Of a stretch of 64,000 nt of DNA, positions 57,101-64,000 are shown piece after piece; position 1 is the first letter of the stretch; each line of letters starts with the position of its first letter. This stretch comes from a virus (lineage: Duplodnaviria; Caudoviricetes): IMG/VR virus record IMGVR_UViG_3300028186_000155; one strand, 5' to 3'. The translations under genes were made by a program, and so were the position numbers. Below the pieces are notes generated by a model. That model saw nothing but the letters and a program-made list of their open reading frames with translations, was not told the DNA's origin and ran no database searches.

Positions 57101-57256
57101 GCGACTAATACCGAAATGGGCTGGGCGGGGCCGGATGGTTCCAGTATTCCAGCAGTGCACAAACAAACGCAAAACGGAGTCGAGGTTAGCTGGTACGTTT
57201 ACCGCACCGTTGGCCACGATTTGGGGCAGAAATCCTACAGGGTTACATACGGATGA
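54101..57256 (+). CDS. large baseplate wedge protein (gp7-like) with tandem Ig-like repeats
   Basis: Repeated L.I.GP..V units about every 90 aa. Confidence 0.7.
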   Translation: MMNKIDFSELDIEFIRSQPIWAALLEAIQEFVTVQVRDPLQQVLDIRDLSAQTPQVFMKQAIADLGITLPPDLVVDPERLYNSAYMLPLIHQVTGLDSATRMIAYLLGRRVVSYELYTEDYVTFYEEPLGALRIDGGTWYKVTHINLEMQKIPADQNIVLPTGTTLKDKFLSAFWSLAPINLVIDQFFFSIEVENQEDFGLQGVVYRQPVRRLVADADYSLENAVFTIEGPDSVNSGESATYRVMAKHQEFETNEWTSTAPGLVSVNQGHASFSGFETDSLVTLSATIRGQTITKNVNVWIGMQDIRMLEIIGPDELLSTQTGDYAVVVHHSTGSDVIPVDLKVLSPFAYFVGNTLHGRNLTADQEVIIHCKTTINQIEYPASKHVKLKYVDPSVYLTALSISGENRLKEGSATQMYATAHFSDGSSVDVISDWKCTSPVAEIDNGLVSTRLVSGETTAQITAQYGFRQVVMEAQHDITVYPEFLQLAELVIIGPSTVNEMEKASYTCMAVMSDGSSTTVVPEWFTTEFSITPQGTLYAGMVRDQLNAEIRAQYQGITQVFPVTIQRPAVTLQQLLIMGPDSVRVGNINTYLAYAQYTDGRIIPIQPIWALNPEMDWATLIDGELLIDEPEESLINLQISYVENGRSYQQTKTIVCQSTRNSITGLLITGPDAVDSLDRIVLTATAMYEDGSFATVHPQWEIYTLDTNADFVAADIGGYGVVTGRPVDYDMQVMVRATYFREVAEYPVTVRYVAPKGPDVPVSSRIIGNSVIYSTQIASFSQAILFKNCTNELLVSSDWTVDNENVIVDENGFVTCKLNQDLQFTITAVWSCGGYTVTDSMAVTVVPVDAAYIGLGITGPDTIQIGVKERFSAEAYTPDTGIVAGQGINVTPQWQIITDALNLHMFADGNVLVQGAVVNQTFTIAAEFTYENTVVQGTKTVLVLGSGPVYCTGQAEVVDDYGTLFEQAIGVSDDSFRDDFVGYGYFMVPTVFGPVKFIDVATNTEMGWAGPDGSSIPAVHKQTQNGVEVSWYVYRTVGHDLGQKSYRVTYG

Positions 57257-58761
57257 TTGCAATTACTCCAAACTTGCGGAACATTAAACCGCTTTCGAAA
57301 TATATGGCGCTGCGTATCCGTATGTACGGGCGCCAGCGCTTCGCCCGCACCTTCAGCCAATCAGGTTCGAATATGAGCCTGATTACACTGCCTTTCGTGC
57401 CCAATAGTGCAGAACTTTTGGAAGTTTACCATGATGGAATCCGCATGGTTGACGGCTACACGGTATCGGGCCAAAAGGTAACGTTTACCAAACCAATCTT
57501 GGGCAAACTGGAATTCATTGACGACGATCAATTCGTTGATATGTCAGAGAAATGGTTGACCATACCGGCCACCAATCTTTTGCATTACGACAATACTGAT
57601 CAATCTGCATACGGCACGGATCGCCGCGATGGGCAAAAGGTTGCAGTGCACGCCAAACCCATTTGCATTACGCAGGGCGCTATTGGTTTTTGTCGGCCTT
57701 CACACGATGGGGAAAGCCTGCTGTATTGCTCGTATTACGGGATGTATGGTCGCGATTCCGTGACCTATGCAATTCGAACCGATTTGGGCCAATTATCCGA
57801 CTATCGCTGTATTGATATTCGGGTGCGTGATCCAAACTATATCCCGACCATGCGCCTAGCCTGCATCAGTGCCCAAAGTTCGCCAATCAAGGCCAATGGT
57901 GAAGTAAAGGATATTACGGGCACTGGTGGATACCAGTTGTACGGGGCAATCAGCAAAGACCAAACGATTCAATTGCCAAACCGTACAGCTGAATCCGAGC
58001 TAAAAGAATACCATTTTGTTATTCAAGGTTCGGATGAAAACGGCGATTGGTTTGAACCGGAGGAATACTTTGAACCCGACACGTACCGCGTGCGGCTCAC
58101 CGGGTCCGAAGGATTCACCATTACCTATCAGGGGAGTGGCAAAGATTACGGGTACGAAAACGCATTCATGTTTAGCGTTATGTGTGCCCGCGATCCCGGC
58201 GATAGTTTGAGTGTCGTGTTTGAATATGACGGCCAGCAGTTGTTCTTTGGTCGAATCGAAATGGCAGCGGCCAAACCGGTCAATAGCCTAGATAAAACCA
58301 TTGTTCAAAGCTCGATTGTGCTGGATAACGGCGGGGCCACCGAGGCCAAATGGACTTACGGCGAAGAGTGGTTGAACTTCCGTGGTATTTGGCTCGATAC
58401 CGTTTGGGAAAACCCGGTGGAAGAAACGCGTAACGTTCAGGTCACAATGGACTTCGAATATTCCATTGATGCTTACGATCCAATTGCACAGAAGCAAGGC
58501 ATTGCGTTGCCGCAAACCAAGACCGTAACCGGTTCGTTTAAAACATCGTTCGTTGAATCGGAAAACATCGTTACCCAACCGGAAAACACCAACGATATTC
58601 TGTTGGAAAACGTGTTCTATTGGGAAACATCCGATCCGTTTAGCGCGGTGCTGACCGGTAACGTGGAATACATCAGCAACTACGTGTGGACCATCACACC
58701 AACGCCGCCACCTGAAGAAATTCCAGAAGAAAACCCGGAAACCGGTATTGAAGGTCCATAA
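57253..58761 (+). CDS. baseplate/tail structural protein
   Basis: Position and beta-rich composition. Confidence 0.65.
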   Translation: MIAITPNLRNIKPLSKYMALRIRMYGRQRFARTFSQSGSNMSLITLPFVPNSAELLEVYHDGIRMVDGYTVSGQKVTFTKPILGKLEFIDDDQFVDMSEKWLTIPATNLLHYDNTDQSAYGTDRRDGQKVAVHAKPICITQGAIGFCRPSHDGESLLYCSYYGMYGRDSVTYAIRTDLGQLSDYRCIDIRVRDPNYIPTMRLACISAQSSPIKANGEVKDITGTGGYQLYGAISKDQTIQLPNRTAESELKEYHFVIQGSDENGDWFEPEEYFEPDTYRVRLTGSEGFTITYQGSGKDYGYENAFMFSVMCARDPGDSLSVVFEYDGQQLFFGRIEMAAAKPVNSLDKTIVQSSIVLDNGGATEAKWTYGEEWLNFRGIWLDTVWENPVEETRNVQVTMDFEYSIDAYDPIAQKQGIALPQTKTVTGSFKTSFVESENIVTQPENTNDILLENVFYWETSDPFSAVLTGNVEYISNYVWTITPTPPPEEIPEENPETGIEGP

Positions 58762-58820
58762 TTTAATAGATATCAGGGCATCTTTACGGGTGCCCATTTC
58801 ACTTCATTAACGGGGGCCAC

Positions 58821-59060
58821 ATGACCAAAATCATTAATCCGCTGGATATTCTGCGCCAGCAAAAAGAAGCCAAAGCCCAGCAATTGGCTGTTGCCTCGGC
58901 TACCAATGAAAACGCGGAAGTGGCCACGGCCTCTGCACTGTCCAACGTTGACCCGTCCATGTGCCCAAAATGCGGTCGTAAAATGGGATTCGGTTTGCTG
59001 TTTGATCGGACACAGGTTTACTACTGCATTGAAGACCGCGTAACTCAGCCGATGGAATAA
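58821..59060 (+). CDS. small zinc-ribbon protein
   Basis: CPKCG...YYC; contains LAVAS and VATAS motifs. Confidence 0.65.
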   Translation: MTKIINPLDILRQQKEAKAQQLAVASATNENAEVATASALSNVDPSMCPKCGRKMGFGLLFDRTQVYYCIEDRVTQPME

Positions 59061-59064
59061 ATAA

Positions 59065-61374
59065 ATGACTGACAAGCTGGTTTTACTCGACGCTGGGGAA
59101 CAGGCGCTCAACAACGCTAGCGCCGGTGGTATTCTGATCAAACCGGTTTCGTTCAAAATGGGCGATTCCGCGCTGTATCCCACCAGTACCCAACACACCG
59201 ATATCGTCGGCAATTACATTTGTGGTGGACAAATTCACCACGTGGAAACCTTGAGCGCGAAGGTTGCTCGGTTTGTGCTGACTATCGACACTCGCGGACT
59301 TACCGCCCCGACTGAAGTCAAAGAAGTTGTGGTGATGTTTGAGGGAAATATTGCGTTTGGTCGTGCTGTTTTCGGCCAGCCGTATATTCTCAATCCAAAC
59401 GAACCCACACGGCTCTCGGTTGTGCTCGCAACCTCGCGGGCTGACCTCACAACCATTAACGTTTCTGTTGGCGAATGGGAATCCGTACCGAGCACGGCTT
59501 TTGTGTACCAATTGCCTAGCCCGTCGCAAACGGATTTCAACCAAATTTCGCTGTTGAATGGCAAACGAAATCCCGATGGCACTTCCAGCCCTGTAATCGC
59601 CATGCGTTACGGGGCAGGTTCGTTTCAATGGGGCTTCACCGACCATTTGCGCGTGTTTAACGGAATTCCAAGCAGTGCCACCAGCACCACATTCAAAATC
59701 ACCAGTTCGCTCACTTGGGCCGCTGATGAACAAGTTTTGGTGCACGTTGTGGCAGGCAGTGGCGAAGGGCAAACGCGGCGTTATCGCTGGAATGCTGGCG
59801 CACAGGAATTCCGCGATCCAGATTCCAAAGCGTTGGCAAACCTTGCGCAATCAACTATCGCAATCTGGAAACTGGTAAACGCTGGTGGCTCCAATTCTGG
59901 CGGGGGTTCGGGCAATCTGGTAATTCCAGACACAAACGAAATCCCGCAAGACTGGGTATTGACCCCCGGCACCGATGGCACGTTGGTTTGGCAACCGCCG
60001 AAAGCTGCATCGCGCATCATTTCCACGCTTTTCACCGGGCCTTCGAAACTCGATGTAAACGCCCTCAACTTCATGGGCGGCGGTGACGTTTCGCGCTACT
60101 CGACCGGCGATCTAGTGGCAGAAAACGCCAACTATATTTATCCGGCAATCGGTTTGACCACGCAGCACCGTTCGGCATTCCAGCTGGCGGCTTCCGAGGT
60201 TGAATTTGCGGAAAATATCCCGACAAACGTGCCAATTGATTTGCGTGTTTTCACCAAATCGCCAAGCACTGGTACGCGGGCAATCTTCACCACGTTGGAA
60301 TTCGTGGGTGATGGTGCACAGGTCGAATATGATTTGGGACAAGCTGTAGAAAGCGCGGCGCATATCTTCTGCTTCGTGGCCTCGACGCTGCAACCGATCA
60401 CCACCTACAGCATCGACCAAACCACGAATAAACTGCGCATGATTTCCCCGGTTGAGGCCGGTTTGGATATCGAATTCCGCCTGCTTAGCTACGTGCAGGA
60501 AACCGGATACTCGACGCGCATTGTGACCAAAACCTTCCAAACGCAGGGCGATACTTTCTTCCTGCAATTGCCTGCCAAACCGCAATCGATTGAGCAAGTA
60601 TTTGTCAGTCAATCCGGTGCACACATCCACGAATTCAACTACACGTTGATTGACGGAAATCTGGTGTTCAGCGCCAGCCTCGAACCTGATGTAGAAGTCG
60701 AGGTAATGATTTTCGAAAATATCCAGTCGCAGGGTTCCGAACAGACTGGCCTCAACGGCATCATGATTGACGGCTATGTTTCTCACAATAACCTTGTGCT
60801 GCTGCGCCACAATGCGCCGAATGTTGAATTGCCGATCCCTGCACCAAAAATCGCGGTTGGTGATGGCCTGATCATCGACAACAGTTCCGGCACCGCGATG
60901 ATTTCGCTGGATGAATCGGCGTTCCCACAGCTGCGCAATTTCCGCAAATGGAGCACCGACAAATCGTTCACCAGTTCTGATGGTGTGATTGCTCAAACCA
61001 TTTCGCTCACGCAGAAACAAGCATCGATCTACATGATTGTTGCGGACTTCAGCGCCAAGCTGGGGCCGGGTTATCAAAGTGCGGAAGGTACGGAAAATAT
61101 CGAGTTTGTTATCGGTATTCGCAGCGCACAATCGGCAGAACCAAACTTCGGTCGTGAGATTCGCGGTACTGGCCAAGCGGGCGTGATTTCCAACACGAAG
61201 GGCGGCATGGCCTACGCAAACGCCAGTATGACGCAGATGATCCCAATTGACCCGGCGAACCATCCGAGCGAATCGGTGGATATCGTGGCGAAAATGAGGA
61301 TCAACAATGCGAACACCGCGCTGTTTGACCTGCAACTGACAATCAACCTGAATATCCTTGAGATTCCAATATGA
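59065..61374 (+). CDS. baseplate/tail fibre attachment protein
   Basis: N-terminus L.DAG..AL..A typical of fibre anchors; repeated F.GDG...Y.L modules. Confidence 0.65.
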   Translation: MTDKLVLLDAGEQALNNASAGGILIKPVSFKMGDSALYPTSTQHTDIVGNYICGGQIHHVETLSAKVARFVLTIDTRGLTAPTEVKEVVVMFEGNIAFGRAVFGQPYILNPNEPTRLSVVLATSRADLTTINVSVGEWESVPSTAFVYQLPSPSQTDFNQISLLNGKRNPDGTSSPVIAMRYGAGSFQWGFTDHLRVFNGIPSSATSTTFKITSSLTWAADEQVLVHVVAGSGEGQTRRYRWNAGAQEFRDPDSKALANLAQSTIAIWKLVNAGGSNSGGGSGNLVIPDTNEIPQDWVLTPGTDGTLVWQPPKAASRIISTLFTGPSKLDVNALNFMGGGDVSRYSTGDLVAENANYIYPAIGLTTQHRSAFQLAASEVEFAENIPTNVPIDLRVFTKSPSTGTRAIFTTLEFVGDGAQVEYDLGQAVESAAHIFCFVASTLQPITTYSIDQTTNKLRMISPVEAGLDIEFRLLSYVQETGYSTRIVTKTFQTQGDTFFLQLPAKPQSIEQVFVSQSGAHIHEFNYTLIDGNLVFSASLEPDVEVEVMIFENIQSQGSEQTGLNGIMIDGYVSHNNLVLLRHNAPNVELPIPAPKIAVGDGLIIDNSSGTAMISLDESAFPQLRNFRKWSTDKSFTSSDGVIAQTISLTQKQASIYMIVADFSAKLGPGYQSAEGTENIEFVIGIRSAQSAEPNFGREIRGTGQAGVISNTKGGMAYANASMTQMIPIDPANHPSESVDIVAKMRINNANTALFDLQLTINLNILEIPI

Positions 61375-61796
61375 AATACTGGGTATCCACGAATGGTAGC
61401 CTTGGAAAAGGCGCAGATATTGAGCAAGGTGCAGTAGAGATTGGTGCAGATGTTTTTCAATATCTGGTAGACAATCAAACCATGTTCATTATCCAAGTCG
61501 TGGACGGCGCAGTAAGTTGGCGGATCAACATGGCGGCCTATCGACGGGCTGCCCTCGCCAGACTGGAAAACGTGAACTTTATTACGTTTCAAAACGTGAA
61601 GGTTTACGATGACGAACTGCCGTATTTGGGTCCGTCTTATTTCCTGCGTGAGGGCGGCCCGTGCCGCATTTCTCAAGATCAGATGATCCGGTTGGTTACT
61701 GAAAGAAATCGAATTTATACCCTACGGCGTTCGGGTATTCAAACTGCCAAAACGCCGGAAGAGGTGGATGGGTATCTGACATGTCCAACGATTTAA
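61371..61796 (+). CDS. hypothetical protein, possible fibre chaperone
   Basis: Position; ends IQTAKTPEEVD. Confidence 0.55.
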   Translation: MKYWVSTNGSLGKGADIEQGAVEIGADVFQYLVDNQTMFIIQVVDGAVSWRINMAAYRRAALARLENVNFITFQNVKVYDDELPYLGPSYFLREGGPCRISQDQMIRLVTERNRIYTLRRSGIQTAKTPEEVDGYLTCPTI

Positions 61797-62578
61797 CTAT
61801 TGCCGTACTCGACAATAAATCGGTGACTGTGCCCATTGGTGCTACGGTCATTACCAACAAAAAAGACCAGAATTCGCTGATTGTTCAATCGGCTATGACT
61901 GGTCAAGAAGTGGTGGCGCCCTCCTACGAACACATTGAAGCCCCCGGCTATGATGGTGAACAGGCGTACCGCGATAATGCCGATGAAATGTATTTCGGCA
62001 CCCCGGTTGATTCGAACGCGTTGCGAATTGCAGAAATCGTATTCGATGACGATACCGGAATCCTGACGTTTTATCGCAACAACGGAACCCACTTCGAAGT
62101 CACTGGTTTTTTGCGTCAAATCGATTTCGGTATTGGCCCCGCTGGCACCCGTGGAAATCCCGGTAAAAACGGCACGGATGGTGACGATGGGCGCGAAGGA
62201 AAAGATGGGCAAACCGGTTGCGCAGGTCAAACGGGAATTGAGGGCCGCCCCGGTCCTACCGGTGATCCCGGTATTGAGGGCGAAGTAGGCGCCGCTGGCC
62301 CTGTAGGTCCATTAGGCCCAACGGGTCCGCGTGGTGATGTGGGGGCAACGGGTGCACCCGGATTTGAAGGTAAGCGCGGTTTGTGCGGTCCAAGTTGCCC
62401 AACGACCAGCCGTGGCCCGTGTGGTCCACAAGGGCAGGCAATGAGCGCCAACGTAGGGACCGGGCTTTACCCAAAACAAAACGAATTGATTTGGGCCGGT
62501 GCAGAAGATTGCATGTTGCCGATTTGCCCAGCGGTTTACACACCGTATCCAGTGGGTGATAAAACGGTGATTTACTAA
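61781..62578 (+). CDS. collagen-like (Gly-X-Y) fibre protein with Cys residues
   Basis: Roughly 30 consecutive G-X-Y triplets. Confidence 0.85.
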   Translation: MSNDLTIAVLDNKSVTVPIGATVITNKKDQNSLIVQSAMTGQEVVAPSYEHIEAPGYDGEQAYRDNADEMYFGTPVDSNALRIAEIVFDDDTGILTFYRNNGTHFEVTGFLRQIDFGIGPAGTRGNPGKNGTDGDDGREGKDGQTGCAGQTGIEGRPGPTGDPGIEGEVGAAGPVGPLGPTGPRGDVGATGAPGFEGKRGLCGPSCPTTSRGPCGPQGQAMSANVGTGLYPKQNELIWAGAEDCMLPICPAVYTPYPVGDKTVIY

Positions 62579-62588
62579 GGGACGAATC

Positions 62589-64000
62589 ATGAAAGAATGC
62601 AGTACGTTGCCCATGATCGCCCCGCAGGAATTGCCGGTGGCGAAATTTAGCGCAGTGTGCGGAAACTGGCTCACTGTGTGCGGTAAAGGCAAACACAAGA
62701 TTTCCTATTTCGTGGGTTTTCAGCAGGGGCCAATCACCATTTGGTATCAGCGCGAAAACCTCGATGATGAAATCTATATTTATCAGGATGGTGAAGTGAT
62801 TGCAGCTGCACCACTTGCCACGCCTGACGGTTCATTCAGTTTCGATTACGCACCCGTGCACCCTAATGCTGGTGGCGATGAATTGATTTTGACGCACGAA
62901 GGTATGGCCGTTGGTTCTCGCGCCCATATCCATTTGCTGTGCCCGGTCGATCCTTGTTTGCCTTCGGTTGTGCCGAAACCTACGCCGGTCGATACCACGC
63001 TGATTTGCGGTCGCCAATGGCACCAAGCCGGATACGTGAAAAAGAACACGATTTTGCTGGGTGAAAATCCCGGTAAGGTCGATCTTATTTGGTCGGTTGT
63101 GGGGAATAGTTTGGTCAACGTTTTTCAGGGCAAAACCCTGTTGCTGACCATGACGCCGGATCGTGAGGATGTGTTTACATTCGAATATGATCCAGAAGCG
63201 GGCGACGTTTACGTTACCACGCAAGGCACTGGCTCCGTTGACTACATTTTCAGTTGCCCGAACAACGACGAAGTAATCCCTGATCCCGTTTACGAATTCA
63301 CCTGTGACGCGACCGAGGATTACACGTTCAATGCACCGCAATTGACCACCTTGATTCTGCCTGATCAGAAATCCGGTGTGATCGATTTCCGTGTGAGTCT
63401 GGTAGAAACCACGCAGCTGATTTTCTCGCAAAACAACGTGCCTTTTTATGTTGTGAGCGGGCACACAGGCACCGTGAATTTCTCTTTCGATTACACGCCC
63501 GACAAAGGCAAAATCACGGTCGATGCGCAGGGCTACGGCGAAGTGAAACTCTTCGCAAAATGTCCATACACCCCGGACGTTCCTATTCCGGTCGATGTGT
63601 TCATGGATTGTGGCGCCACGCTGAATACTTATCCCGGCTATTCGAATATCACGGTCGATATGGGCGGTATCTCGGGCGAAACGATCATTGACCTAGTGAT
63701 CACCGAAACCGAACTGGAAATCACCAACGGCGGGGCCTCGCGGTTTATTTCGCAATCCGGTTCCTATTCGTATCAATACGATAAAGACCAACCGCTTTTG
63801 GTGCAGGCACGCGGCAACGATTTCCAAATGCGCTTGAGTTGTCCTGTGCGCCAGCCGGTTACGCCAACCATTGATTGCGGTGTTAGCCGCACGGTCGATA
63901 GTTTTGCAAATGTCACCATGCGTTACGGATCAACGGCGGGCAATACCACGATCACCACCAACCTCGATGTTTCGGTTTACCGGGATAACGTGCTGGTTGG
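62589..64000 (+). CDS. large beta-rich repeat protein, runs off the window (partial; not in ORF track)
   Basis: AAGGGA RBS; MKECSTLP...; open to the window end in my manual translation; ~95-aa repeats bounded by CG...CP. Confidence 0.75.
   Translation, partial: MKECSTLPMIAPQELPVAKFSAVCGNWLTVCGKGKHKISYFVGFQQGPITIWYQRENLDDEIYIYQDGEVIAAAPLATPDGSFSFDYAPVHPNAGGDELILTHEGMAVGSRAHIHLLCPVDPCLPSVVPKPTPVDTTLICGRQWHQAGYVKKNTILLGENPGKVDLIWSVVGNSLVNVFQGKTLLLTMTPDREDVFTFEYDPEAGDVYVTTQGTGSVDYIFSCPNNDEVIPDPVYEFTCDATEDYTFNAPQLTTLILPDQKSGVIDFRVSLVETTQLIFSQNNVPFYVVSGHTGTVNFSFDYTPDKGKITVDAQGYGEVKLFAKCPYTPDVPIPVDVFMDCGATLNTYPGYSNITVDMGGISGETIIDLVITETELEITNGGASRFISQSGSYSYQYDKDQPLLVQARGNDFQMRLSCPVRQPVTPTIDCGVSRTVDSFANVTMRYGSTAGNTTITTNLDVSVYRDNVLV

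Noticed and set aside
1-64000. Alternative genetic code, tRNAs, or phage-nucleus/multisubunit RNAP genes
   Set aside because: Genes tile densely under the standard code with TAA, TGA and TAG all used as stops; no cloverleaf, chimallin, tubulin or RNAP motifs were recognised in this window

Overview
A 64-kb segment of a large (jumbo-type) myovirus genome, ~50-55% GC by eye, standard genetic code. Gene content suggests a Proteobacteria-infecting phage reminiscent of RSL1/Lu11/PaBG-type viruses (inference only). Layout: (i) 1-17.8 kb, replication/transcription: histone-like protein, two sigma-like factors, gp32-like SSB, RecA/UvsX, DnaB, HNH, a Tad2/DUF2829-like anti-defence domain and a degenerate DNA methyltransferase. 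(ii) 17.8-30.6 kb: intein-containing large terminase, KTSC protein, probable portal, gp5-like spike, S74-chaperone fibre protein, SprT protease, MmcB-like nuclease, dTMP kinase. (iii) 30.6-44.4 kb: mostly unrelated proteins (topoisomerase IB-like, GNAT, two ADP-ribosyltransferase-like, two large paralogues, small proteins), at least 11 of which start with the same 8-9 residue leader, M-E-M-x-L-A-L-A-(A/S/G). This is the main candidate new system: a putative head-packaging/protease-processing tag for a set of injected effectors. (iv) 44.4-51.9 kb: minus-strand early/metabolic genes (thyA, DHFR, sigma70 promoter). (v) 52-64 kb: baseplate and tail-fibre genes. Two recurring upstream motifs (AAWACTGTAAAYART and TAATTT plus a 5' hairpin) may be phage promoters. 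No tRNA, rRNA or CRISPR array was seen. All annotations come from motif recognition by eye; no database searches were run.
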